Origin: Mobula hypostoma
Taxonomy: Eukaryota
Length of the DNA: 64,000 bases
NCBI RefSeq assembly: GCF_963921235.1
Contig: NC_086121.1
Location: forward strand, 29,326,001-29,390,000
Reading direction: 5' to 3'
The number at the start of each line of letters is the position of its first letter. Within the stretch, counting starts at the first letter, position 1. Below are positions 23,381 through 36,186 of this stretch, piece after piece. Both the position numbers and the translations under genes were made by a program. The notes below the pieces were generated by a model. The model made no database searches, was not told where the DNA came from, and saw only the letters and a program-made list of their open reading frames with translations.

Positions 23381-24380
23381 TCCCAGTTCAATTACTTATT
23401 AGCTATTCAGATAATTTAATTTTTTCTGAAGACGAGGCAAAATGTTTGTTGTTCATCCTTGAATGCCCTTGGGGGGGTGCTAATGAGTTGCCTCCTTCAT
23501 CTGTTGCAGAACTTCAGGTAAAATTGCTGTAATGTTGAGTAGGGAGTTCAGGATTTAGATCCTGTGCTTGAGGAATTAAATGAACGGGATCATGTGCGAA
23601 AGTGAAGCAAACCTGCAGCCAGAAGTGTCTCACTGTGCACTGATATAGGAAGGAATAAATACTCAGAGTGATAGATGCAGTGTTAACCAAGAAGATTGCA
23701 CTGAGTGGTGACGTTCTTCATCTAGTCAAGTGGAGCTTATTCCATCATTGTGCCTGGCTGTTAGAAGGCAAAAAGGCTTTGAAATAATAGTTGGTAAGTC
23801 ACTCTCGATGGGATACCCTGTCTCTGACTCGTATCTGTAGTTGTTTGTGCGCTGACCCAGTTATGCTTCTAGTTATAGATAGTACCCCAACCAAGACATT
23901 GAAATTGATGAATTGGCTGGGGTTTGGTTCAATGTTGTTAATTCGATTGAATGTTAGGGGGAGTAGGCCAGACTCCCCATCTTGATAAAGATGTTACTGC
24001 CAAAACTTTGGTTGCATGAACTCTTACATCCACAGCCCCGGTACAGGTAAATCTCTCACTGTGCTGTTTCAAAGAGTTTCAACACATTACCACAAGTCAC
24101 CAGTCCTACCCTCAGAAAACCTCATCCAAAGAGCCCAGAAATACCCCCAAGACTAGGCTTTACTTTCTTAACATAGTGGAACTGTGCAGGACACAGACTT
24201 CTAATAATCTGGGTCAGTCCTTACTGACGCATACTTGGCAGATCATAAGGTAACAGGAAGGACATCTGCCTATGTTCTACTCCAAATCAAAAAAGGACCA
24301 TTTTTTTCAGGTTTTTGAAGAAAAAGAAATGCGCCTTTCAGAAGCAGGGAGGAGTTAGTTTTTATGAAAGTTGGTCTTAC

Positions 24381-24496
24381 CCGATAAGTGCCATTAAGTG
24401 AGCTGATAAGCTGCATTATCTGATTCACAATAACTAGATCCTGTTGTAGTTCCCGAAGTTCCTGGTATAGCCGAGGAGGACCCATGTAAATCTTAG
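24381..24496 (-). CDS. ARHGEF10L: ARHGEF10L exon ([38 protein letters not shown])
   Basis: cttcAG/GTAAG, 116 nt, phase 1-0. Confidence 0.94.
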
Positions 24497-25541
24497 CTGA
24501 AGAAGAAATGGTAAGTTAATGCAGGCAGGAACCCAACGGCAAGAATTTGCAGATAATACCCAGTGGGTCAGACCCTGACTGCGTCTATAGATGACTTATT
24601 TAAGCCCCAGGAAGCATAAACTCGCTCAGTCATGAATGAAGATAATGATCTTTCCTGTTGTGTAGTTTCAAAGGCACATCTTTATCCAGGATTCCATTCT
24701 TCATGCCCTAATCTAGACTGAGGATCCACAGGTAACAGGTAAAAGTTTGGGGTGGGAAAAGACAGATCAAAACACTCAAATCCATTCATATTGTGTTCTT
24801 CATGTAGAGAGCTGATCAAGAAATGATACACACCAGACATTCTACAGAGTATGGTGATTAGTGGTATATTCACCAATGGAAGAGCCATAATCACCTAAAT
24901 AGTGATGCATAGTTAATAATAGAAAGATACCTCATAGAAGAGAATTGCTCTGATTTGCTCCTGTACAAAAAGCTCTTTCTGAAAAAATAAACAGCTCTAC
25001 TACTTGTCCATTCCTCACACCCTTGGCTGGAGCCTTCCTGGTATTTCCATTTCCAAGTATTTATGCAATATCCTTGTGAAAATTAATTTTAAATCTGTTA
25101 CCCCCAAGGATAGGGACAATGTTGACCAAATCACGCAGTGCACTTCAGTTATTTGCTTAGGCTACTCTCAAGTAACTTCACAAGCTAGCGAGGAGGACAA
25201 AGGCAAGGGCTGCAGGCACACAGGAATGCAAGCATTCATGAGTTCCTCTCGAACTGGGACCTCATTCCATTGTGGAAAACATCCTTCATCACTGCAGTGT
25301 TTAAAACCAGGAACTTACAAACTATCAACCATGGGGGGTACCTTCATCAGAAGGACCGCAGCAGACTCCATCAATTTCAAGGACAATTAGAGAATACATG
25401 ATCAATAATAGCTAAACATCTTAGGAGCTTTTTTTAGAAATTTGTCTCTCTTTCATCTCAAAGGTTAAAGATTCTTTTAAGAATTTTTGATAGGCTCATT
25501 AACAATTTCCAGATGATAAAGATGCAGTAAACCAGACTTAC

Positions 25542-25720
25542 TTGATAGAGAGGTAGAGGAAGTCTTTTTACTCCCTGGATGCTGAAAGATTATTGTGTCC
25601 TTATCGTAGCCTTTCCCTTCTTGGCCGACCTCCACTACCTGAACCTGCAGCAGTGGGGCACTCCATTTCACAGTGTATTTTGGGCCAACCGGGACCAGGC
25701 TGCCAATGTCCGGCTGGCTC
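25542..25720 (-). CDS. ARHGEF10L: ARHGEF10L exon (SQPDIGSLVPVGPKYTVKWSAPLLQVQVVEVGQ...STSLS)
   Basis: ttccAG/GTAAGT, 179 nt, phase 2-1. Confidence 0.94.
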
Positions 25721-26476
25721 CTGGAAGAGAGAAACACAAAGGTAATGAAGTGACTAACTGGAAAGAAAAACAGGCACAGAGGAGGAGCCTACTACTCCCC
25801 AGTTCTCCCATCATTGATGCTCAGGAAGATCGAGTGTTTTGAATTGAAATGAGTCGGTGCCCCTGTGTAGACACTGCCCCATCCCTTTTGCTGGTAGAGG
25901 AAGCAAGCATAAGAAATGTAGTCAGAAGTGCCGGGCAGCAGCTAACTCAGGTGCTCAAACTTAGGGCAAGTATTTGCCCACAGCATTAGTAAAATCATCT
26001 CTAATTCTGGGTCTACACTCACTAGCTTTACTGCAGGGGCTCATACACTGATGGTTGCATTATTTCTTCAGATATCTCAGGTTGATCCCAGGGATCTTCA
26101 TCCTACCATTATGATCAGAAGATCAAATCAATTGCCATCAGGATCTCTGTTACAATGCAGGGAAAGCAATAGCAGTTGTTTGAGGCTGCATACATACAAA
26201 GAAAAAACATTGGTAAATTTGTAAATATTGGACTTTGCAATCAAGTTAACAATTGCACAACCATAGCTGCTACTTTGTGATGCAGTAGAGCCGTCATTTT
26301 CAAGTTGTAATGGTTGAGCTGATTGAGAGATAGGTTGATTAAGCAAGATCCTGAGAGATGGGTATTTTGCAAGCACAGAAAGAATGGTCCAAAAGGAACC
26401 AGAACCACAACCACAAACCTGACAAGTTGGAGTAGACTATGACCACAGACTACATTGCAAGCAGCACTGTACTTAC

Positions 26477-26622
26477 TTTATATTGATGTTGGCACAGACA
26501 AGCAGGTCATTCAGCAGGAACACCCGCCGCTCCTTGGACTTTAGGATCTGTCCCCTCTCTCCATAAACTGTTTCTGTCAGAGTCTCACAAAGGACCACTT
26601 GTCGCTGACCAGAACTCAGCAA
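26477..26622 (-). CDS. ARHGEF10L: ARHGEF10L exon, PH-like ([48 protein letters not shown])
   Basis: tgcAG/GTAAGT, 146 nt, phase 0-2. Confidence 0.95.
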
Positions 26623-26834
26623 CTGCACAGGAAAAGAAGAGGCATTAGAAACATACCAGTGTGCATATTAGCTTTCCATTCTGTGACACAAGGACTTAAT
26701 GAAATTGAAGAAATATGTGGAAATAATTTAGTTACATCCTAACAGAAAATACATCAATTTGAAATCCTGCATATCTGATGGATGTTATCTATTTAGGATT
26801 AATGGATAAAGATTTCATGATTTACTCAGTCATT

Positions 26835-28650
26835 TGTTGTGTATTTAATATTTCAATAATATTTGAATATTTTTGCAAATATATTGTTTGATTAAGCATT
26901 CTTTGGTGTTTCTGTAATTCATTAAGGTTAAATGTAAAATTACGTGAATTGCATACATGACACTATCATGTGATACGTGTGTATGCCACTTAAAGTAAAA
27001 GTTAAGTTAGAATCACATTCCTGCCTTTGTCTTTTTATTGCAATTAGTTCTTATGTTTTGGAGTTACAAAACGTAACAGTAGCAACAAAGAAGATTTAAA
27101 TGAACCCGAGATGACTACCTACCTGTTGAAGCACAAAGAAAAATTTGAGTTTAAAAAAGCAGTGCAGCACTTGTTGCAAGGGGGAGAAAGTCAAGTTTTA
27201 AAAAAAGGCAGGAAACGGAAGAATTCACAGGTTCATAACTAGTGAGTACCGGGTGATAATAATCAGTAAAAAAAAGCAAAAGTGGCTGGCCACATTGAAA
27301 GATAGATGCATTTGATTACACAAAAAATAACTGGATATTGTATACTGAGTGGATCGTGTAATATTTTAAAGCAAATGGAATAGTTGATGAGAAGTAAATG
27401 CCAAATTTTGCTGAGTTCATTAGATTTAACAACATACAGTTCGCCTAAGAGTTTGACCGCTCCTACCAAGCGAGCAGAAATTAGCTTTGCTGATGTCGTG
27501 AAAGTAATGCAGGAACATTTAGAATCAAAACCATTGTTAATTGCAGAACACCTTAGGTTTTATGAATGGAATGAAAAGGAAGGGGAGTCAATTTCCGTGT
27601 ACTTGGCTGAATTGAAGAGACGAGTACTGTCGGTTCGGAAATGGGCTTAACGATGCACTGAAAAATCATTTAGTTTGAGAACTCTTACAAAAAAAAAATT
27701 TTTAAATAGCTCCTAACTGAAGCAGAACTTGCATTTAAAAGAGCAGTTGAAATAGCTGTATCAATGAAAACAGCAGAGATGCAACTGAGTTGCAATCAGG
27801 AATGAAAGTGAGCAAGAAAAAAAATTGCAATGTCTAAACAGAAACCAGCCTGGCTGAACAAATTGTGATATCATTGTGACAGGAGCTCACATACACCACA
27901 CTAATGTAGATTTAAAGGTGAAACTTGAGGAAAATGCAACAAAGTAGGACTCATACAAAGAGGATGTCAGGCAGACAAAAATAAATGGACTGCACAGAGA
28001 AGAGAAAAAGATAAAAGGTCAAGAGAAAGAGTACTAAGCTGAATGCTATTGATGAAAAATCTGATAATGAGGAGAGTAGTGCAGGACTGGTTAGCCTTGA
28101 GATTTACAATGTCCCACAACATTAAGAAATAAGAGTAACAAATCCTCCATAGCGATTAAATCTTTAGGCCTGAATGGAACAATTTAAAATTTACTATGCT
28201 TTGGACATCTATATAGTAATTGTATCATATGTTATATTGTAAATGTGTTTATGTATATAATATCTGTGTGTGTATATATCTATGTATACGTATATACACA
28301 CACACACACACATACACACATACACATACAGTATACTGTAATTTACATATACACATTATACAAGCTGAGATACATTCTTTACTGAGCTGGAGTTTACGGC
28401 TAAGCAGGGAGGAGTGTTGTGCATTTAATATTTCAGTAATTGTGGATAGTCTTGTAATTACATTGTTCGATTAAGTATTCTTTGTTATATGATTCATTAT
28501 GGCTTTATGTAAAAATACGTGAATTGCATACGTCATTATGCTACCACGTGATACCTGCGTACTTAAAGTTAAGAATGGAGTTAGACTTGTATCCCTGACT
28601 CCGCCTTTTTATTGCAATTAGCTTTTGTTTTTGAGTTACAAAACATAACA
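26835..28650 (+). mobile_element. Old gag-only Gypsy-type LTR element
   Basis: Diverged direct repeats 26835-27078 and 28415-28650 (TGTTGTG...TAACA); PPT AAGCAGGGAGGAG; decayed gag (EHLESKPLLIAE, KEGESISVYLAELK, two zinc-knuckle remnants about 27865-27970); flanks TCATT/CCATC. Confidence 0.82.
28255..28335. repeat. (TG)/(TA)/(CA) microsatellite
   Basis: Directly visible. Confidence 0.85.
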
Positions 28651-31560
28651 CCATCAACCGTACCGTTCAGGATGTGAGGAATTTGGACTCAATGTAACAG
28701 CAGGGAGTGGGGAATAAAATTCTTGCGTGCTCTTGTGCCTGCCAAGTAACCAATGATTTGGACAATGGGCGATTCTGAGACAGGGACAAAATTGGATCAC
28801 AGGGAGAATGTTTCTGGTAGTTACAATCTATACTTAATGTAATGAATAACTCCTTGGGCAATAAATTGGCAAAGTGCCCTTGGGGACAGAATCGAACCCA
28901 AATTTGTCACGCTGCTGTGAAATGACTGCAAATGTTGCCATGACAACAGGTTATAGGATCAAAAATTTTATTTTCCCACATTTCATGCTTAGTGATTGAA
29001 GGAGAGGAAACACCCAGTAGAGTTCAACATTTTTAGAATCCAGTTTAAATACAAAAGACTCAGCATTTTTCAGTAGGAGTGCGGGATTTGAGTAAAGAAT
29101 GCTATCTTAACAGGACAGGAGAAGACGTGTGCAATTTTATCACACGACATGAAAATAATGTACAAACATTGCAAATTAACTCTGCCAAACACTAATCATG
29201 TTTAACATCTGCCAGACTCTTTTCTTCTGATTTTTTTTGACTTTTAATAAAGTCTGTGCCATTTACATTAAAGTCATTAACTTTGCTCATCTTCCAAGTC
29301 TTGGCATTAAGCTGCTTGCAAACAAATCTGATCCAATGGGATCCGTCACTGTTTCTGAAGACCGTGTGTCACATCACTGTGTGCTGCATGAAGGATGTCA
29401 ATTTACTGCTTATTAAATAACCTAATGTCAATATTGCAGATTAGATAATTAAATTCCCTATTATACCACATTTCATGATTGGCTGCTCTGCAGGCACCAA
29501 CACCTGGTGAAGTTCAATGTTTTCAGAACCCAATTTAAATATAAAAGCAGAGCAGAATTTTAAAAGGGCATCACTGTTCAGAATTTGGTAAATTTCCATA
29601 CAGAAGTCAATTAAATAATTCACACTGCAGAATGTTTCTGTGAAAAATGATTGCAAGCCCACAATAAATAATTTCTCTCATGCAGCAGTTGTGCATTGCT
29701 GATATGGAGCCAGGTCACATTACGTAGGAAGATGTTACACTTGATTCACAGTTACACAAAACCAATTTTTCCCTAACACGTTGGTAAGAGGACTGTAGCT
29801 TTCTACCTGTAATATTTTACCCATCTCGCAGCTTTCTTCCAAAAGACCTGTGACCATTCCTCACGCCATACTGTCCCTTCAGTGAGCTCTTTGATCCAAA
29901 GGCGTTTAGTCAGGATACTTATTCAGTTTCTCAATGCCCATATTCTTCATTGAACTAGCCCACCTCATGCATGGTATAAATGTTTGCAGCAACTCAGACA
30001 AATAGCATTTTATCACTTCCAAAATTTGCAAGGCTGAGCTTGCTGACTATTCCACCACAGAAAGCAGCACTGGTCAATCTACTAGCTGAGTAACAAGACG
30101 TACAACATTCTCTACTGCCCACTCCCTGGGTGTTGAAACCAACTACCTACTGCACCTGCAATTAAACTGGCACATCTGGACATCAAACGTGGGAACTTTC
30201 AGATCTGCGTGGCATATCATCTCACTCTACACATTTCACCGTTATTCTCTACAGAAGGATCAATTCGCTTTTTCTCCAATAATGAATTTCAGAGAAAACC
30301 TACAATATTTTTGCTGCTGTTTACTTCATCAGCTATTGAACCAAATGGAAAAATACAAAAATTGGACAGAAGTGTTTTCTTGATAAGCCAAATGAACTTT
30401 TACAGCTACTGCAGTGCCAGTAAGTCTCTGGATGTTGCCAATAGTAAATGCTTGACGTATAATCTGATGTAAAGGAGTTGAAGTCCTCATAGTTCCACAG
30501 AGGAAGATGAAAATTCACCTTCTCTTTATACATTAACATCTTACACTGGTCTTCTGTACAACCCTATTACAGTTGTTAAATTATAAATTAAAAATATTGT
30601 AAAACTCTTACAAAGCAATCTCTAACAAGTGCAAGTTTTCATGATTGATCGCAACAGCTTCTACGGGGTCAACCAAAGGAGTTACAGTCCTCTTTAAACT
30701 TTTTTTTAATGATCACACGACCGTGCTGGACATTAAGAACTTAAAGTACTGCAGGTATGCTCCGTCAGCAATTTGCTCGGCGGAAGAGACTGAAAGAGCT
30801 GGACGGAGAGAATCGTGCTGCTGTCTGCGTCAGAGAGATGTCAGGGGAGGGTGAAGATGATGCAATTAGGCCACATGGCAGAATTGTTTTGAATCTTAGA
30901 CACCAGGAAGGATGTGAAGGTGCAGGAGAGGGTGTAGAAAATCCTATAGAGACACGGATGACGGCAGATGCTTCTGGAGCAACACAAAATGCTGGAGGAA
31001 TACATCAGCATCCATGGAGGGAAATGGACAGCTGACGTTTTGGGTCAAGGGCTCTTTATCTGGACAGGCTAATACTATAACAACTCCATGGATGATTATA
31101 GACCGAAGAAAAACAACCCGGGTTCTTCACAGCAGTTTTAATAATGAAGTACAGAGTTACTTTTTATTAGATAGAAGTGAGCCATTCCCTTCAGTGGAGA
31201 GCCCAAGGGCTAGGAGGTCACACAGATTTAAAAGTATGGATCCAAGATTCAGTGAGAATCCTTCTTAATACACATAACAATTATGATGTGGAATTCCTTC
31301 TTTACAAAGGTGGTAGAGGGACAGTCAGACGGGAATTAGATAAGCACCTGAGGAGGAATAATGAGCTTAAGGAAAGAATAAGGGAATGGAATTAACTAGA
31401 CAGTGCTGCCAGAAGCCAGTGTAAATTTGACAGGCCAAATGGTCTGCCTGTAGCATGATGATTCTACAAGTGACCATGACTATTATACAAGGCCTTTCAA
31501 AGCCAGTTAGATGCAATTGCTGCCACACATTTATCTCCAAGATTCCTCCTATTTAATTAC

Positions 31561-31731
31561 CTTGTTGAGGTGCCGGTCTCCCACACTCTTTGCCAGCTGC
31601 TGAATTTCGGCCATCTGATCCACCACTCTCTTCTGCTCGTTGAGTTTCTCAGCCAGGGTTTCCAGTTCCGTCAGAGCGAGCTGCAATGAGAGCCGGTCGG
31701 TGTGCCCCCTTGGTGTGTTCTTCAACATATC
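31561..31731 (-). CDS. ARHGEF10L: ARHGEF10L exon, DH end ([35 protein letters not shown]...HLNK)
   Basis: cctAG/GTAAT, 171 nt, phase 0-0. Confidence 0.96.
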
Positions 31732-32507
31732 CTAGGCAGTCAGGAGGAGGAGAAGAAACAATGATAGAGGAGGCAGCTTGAATTCCAAACACTAGAGATG
31801 GGTTTATTAGAGATAGCTTTGAAACCTAAAGCACAACTTTGCAGGATAAAGTCAATGCAAAAGAAGGAGCGGACTAAGCTAATAAATATTTCATTCTGGC
31901 CTTCCAAAAATAAATTAAACTAATAAGGTAAATGCTGAAAGCATCCAACTGATCGGGCAGCTTCTGTGAAGAGAGAAGCAGAGCGTGTTTCACAAATCTG
32001 AATGATCAACTGTTTCTCTCTCACCAGAAGTGACCTCTGATCTGCTGAGTATTTCTCACTTTATTGTTTTTATTCACTTAGATACTTCTGGGAAAAGAAA
32101 ACTTGAAGTTGTGATTCGGCCTCATTGGGTCACCCAAAAGCCCACCTTATCCAAAGCACCAAAGATAATGTTATATTTCATTACCCCAACAAAAAAGTAT
32201 CAATTGCTGATAGGCATTATGTAAATCTGTCAACAACATCTTTGGTTCAATAGATCTGATTGTCCATTTAGACTTTCTTTGTGGGTCATCCATCCTTTCT
32301 CTTCCAACTTCCACACCAGTTTTGAATAAGTTCATCTCGTCCCCCCACACATCCGTGCTACACCACCCCTCACTTCTGCTGAACTTGCTAAGGCACTGAC
32401 CAGCCATGTCTGGCTGAATGGTGTATGGGCTGCATATTAACACACTTCGGAGCAGAACCTATAACTAATCCTCTTGAACGTTGAGCTTAAGCATCATTTT
32501 CTCTCAC

Positions 32508-32600
32508 CTGAAGCAATAGAATAAACTGTGGAAATCGTTGTATTGGTTTCACCATCAACCCATAGAGCGTTATCCGGTCCGAGGTGGAGGCTTGTTTCCT
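32508..32600 (-). CDS. ARHGEF10L: ARHGEF10L exon, DH ([31 protein letters not shown])
   Basis: ttccAG/GTGAG, 93 nt, phase 0-0; DH conserved region 3 KPIQRFP. Confidence 0.96.
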
Positions 32601-33949
32601 CTGGAAAAGATCAGAGAGCTGTTCAGTAACTTACCATCTCACCTCCAGTAACCTTAGTACCTGCATCTCGTTCTACATGGGAAGCATGACCTTTATGTGA
32701 CAAGCCTGCACCTCACAAACGGTGCTTTGTAATGGAGCATTAATCCCAGGAAAACTATCGCACAGTTATCTTCAGCACATCTCCAAATGTTTTGGAGATG
32801 GAAGAAATGGAAAGACAAACAAAGCAGGAATAGCGAAACCTGAATCTAGCAACATACAAAGCTCCTTTTATAAAACAGAACCAGAAGATACCGTGTAGAA
32901 ATCTATAAACTATTCGATCTAAACTACCTATTCACTCACCCTCTTCCAAGTTTATCACCAATATAAGGTAATTCCAATTATTAATTGATTCCTCACATAA
33001 CCGAACAAGGAGTTGTACTCAACCCCATTTTGATCGCAATCAGGAAACACAGGATGGTTCAAGGGTAAAAGGGCTGCACGTGAAGTGGAATGGACCATAT
33101 GATACACTGATAGAACAGATGTTGCATGTCATGTCTTTGTTGCTCCATTTCATTATTTCTATTAGTTACGTAAGTTTAAACTGCCATCTCTCCTAAGGAT
33201 GATTGTTCCGAGAATAGTTTTGTTGTTTCGGATTGAATGGGGAGAGAAATCTTTGCTCAGGAGAATTGTACATTTGTAGGGCTTAAAATCCCTGAGGAGT
33301 GCATTCAGCAAGGAAACCTACACATTTTTAGAAGAACAAGGGGATTGGATGATGAAATCAGTAAGCTGCAGGAACATCCAGGACTTACACAGCAGACTTC
33401 AAAGGTTTCAGTGACTCCTTTTGCTTATGTTCTTTCACGAGGGAAAAAGATGTAGAGAGATGCTTAAACTGCATTGCCAAAGTAACGAGAACCTTGTGTT
33501 GATAATCACAAGTACAAATCCAAAAAAGAAAACCGCAGTATCCAATGCACAGACAATATGTCAAACAGTGAACAATGACAATGCTCTGTCACAAATGTGC
33601 AATGTGTTCAATGGTGTGGGCAATAATTCACCCGACCCCAAGCACTTGTCAGAGATTTGAGATATGCTTCAGTCCGTGCTTGTTGCACCAGCTCAGACAA
33701 AAATCAGGGAAACGCTTCAAGAAAAGACAGTCCATGACAGACACACACTCAAACTGCCACTACCTTTACATATCTTTACCCAGAGTACATGGGCCTGGAC
33801 ATGGACACAATATTAGCTTCTGATCTCTTGCACATCTGTACATATTACCTGTACATTAGTGAGGACGAAACAGTCAAGGTAGAAGGGGTAACCACTCACT
33901 GGGTGATTGTCACTCCAAAACATCACCACCACCAGCGCAGCTCAGGATC

Positions 33950-34228
33950 AATTAACCCACGGCGCCACAGTGGCTAGCTTGGGGTGTTCCGGAGTCCGGA
34001 GTTCAATTCCAGTACTGTTCCGTAAGGAGTCTCTGTACATCCTCCCTGTGGAATGCGTGGGTTTTCCCCAAGGCGCTCCGATTTCCTCCCACAGTCCAAC
34101 GACATACCTGGTAGGTTAACTATCCTGTGATTAGATTAGGGTTAATCAGGGACTTGAGGTTGCTGGGGTTCCATGGCTGAGAGGGACAGAAGGATCCGCC
34201 CGCACTGTAGAGCTAAATAAACAACAAA
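33950..34228 (+). mobile_element. V-SINE/HE1-like tRNA SINE
   Basis: B box GGAGTTCAATTCC; V-domain-like GCGTGGGTTTTCCCC...TTTCCTCCCACAGTCCAA; TAAATAAA tail. Confidence 0.7.
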
Positions 34229-36186
34229 GTTTCAGGGCGCTCCCTCAAAATATCACAAGAAACAGTGGGAACACCAAGGACTGTTACAAGTGGATTTTTG
34301 TTTAAACATAAGAAATATGATTGGAATTGTTCCAGTTGTCCCTGCCTCCTCTTTATGCAGTCCCTCACCGCAGAGTGAGGTATGCTTTACTACCCTTCTG
34401 GTACAGAGCTGGCTGATGTGGTACTCAGACTCTACCTGCAGTGGGGCAGAAGATGCCAAACAGGGCAAGTGAGTAAGTTTACTCTCCCAGACTCTGCTTG
34501 TCCACTCTAAAGGGAGTCAAGCTGTTGGAAGCCATCCCAATAAAGCAAACCCTGGAACCCAACCCAATTTCCCAGTTCACCTTCGCTCCACAATTTACAC
34601 TGAATCTCAGGTAAGCCAAAATCCTTTCTTCAAAAATAATAGCCTCCGTACAAGAGCTTCTAATAAAATGAAAGAACACAACGACAGAAAAATGGTTTAC
34701 ATTTTCCTTGCAAGATTAATATAGGACATAAACTGCTTAACAAGGTGTACCCAAATCATTTCAATGAGCTCTGTAACACATTGCCATTGTCTTTCCAAAT
34801 CGCCAGGTTTGAATGAAGACTAGGGACAAAAGGTTGGATTTGCTGCCCCCTTGTGGAATTGATTCTCAGCATTCTTCACTTTAAATATATTTTCTAGGTA
34901 ATGCTGCAGACATTTTGCAATTTTAATGACGTTAACTCTCTTACAGTTCACGGGGATTTCTAATCAATCCTCCCATCAGAAGAAGCTGAAAGCTTTTAGA
35001 GGACAACCATCTGCTCCAGTACTGAACAACACAGAACAAGGTCACCAAGAAATACACACTGCTGAGATGTTTCATCTCAGCTCTACCAGCATTTGGTAGG
35101 GGGCAGGGGATACTATAAATTACTTTCAATATCCTTAACTTTAGTGCTATGGGGAAGAAAGGATAAGTATTAAGTCATCTGCATTTCTAAACTGTATTCA
35201 ATATCCCATCGGAACCTTTTGGAAGTTGAGACAGAGGAAAATGTTTTCTAAGAAACTTCATTTGTATATTTTATTTATGGTGCAACTGTAACGAAAACCA
35301 ATTTCCCCCGGGATCAATAAAGTATGACTATGACTATATGTAAATAGTTTTTATAGAAGTTACAGCATTGAAAAAGGCAATTCATCAAGCCCATTTCAAA
35401 TGTGTGCAATAGTCGTGTGGACTGGTCCACTCCTCCACCGCCTCCCCAAATCCTTTCAACTTCTTTCCTTTCAATGTCTTTATTCTCTTTTAATTTTATA
35501 TATTTTATTTGAAAATGTGTTTTCATTTTTCTTTCAGATTCTGCTCCCTTTTTAATGTTACAACTGAATCTGTCTCCACTCCTCCCGTCAGTGCATTCCC
35601 ACCCCAACCATCGCTGTGTAAAGCAGGATTTTCCTCGCGTCACCTTTGGTCCTTTTTCCCTATCACTTTCATTTTATGTCCCTTTGTTCTTGAATCCTCC
35701 ACCAATGGGAACAGTTTCTCTTTACCTACTCTGTCAACGCCCTTCTGTTTTAAATGCCTCTGGTAAATCCATAACCATAAGACCATAATCATCTCAGTGT
35801 TGAGAAGGACCCCAGACTCTCCAGCTTATCCATGTAACTAATGTCCCTTGTCCCTGTAACCATTGGGTAAATCTCTACTGTGCCCTCTCCAAAGTCCATT
35901 CACCAGTTCTAAAGTGTGACATACACAATATTGTGCAATGTTTTTTTTTATATAAAGTTTCATTCCCTTGCTCTTACACAATATTAAATAAATCCTAGGA
36001 TCCATATACTTTTAGTTAAACCATCTTATCTTGCTGCCCTGTTTAACAATTGACGCTGCACATGTACCCCAGATATCTGCTCTTTTCTCCTTTGAGTTGC
36101 ACTCTATGCAGCATATCTCGGGACGGTTATCATAAAGCTTTACAGTGCTAGATATTAGGGCTCAACTCCTGCTGATTTCTGTAAGG

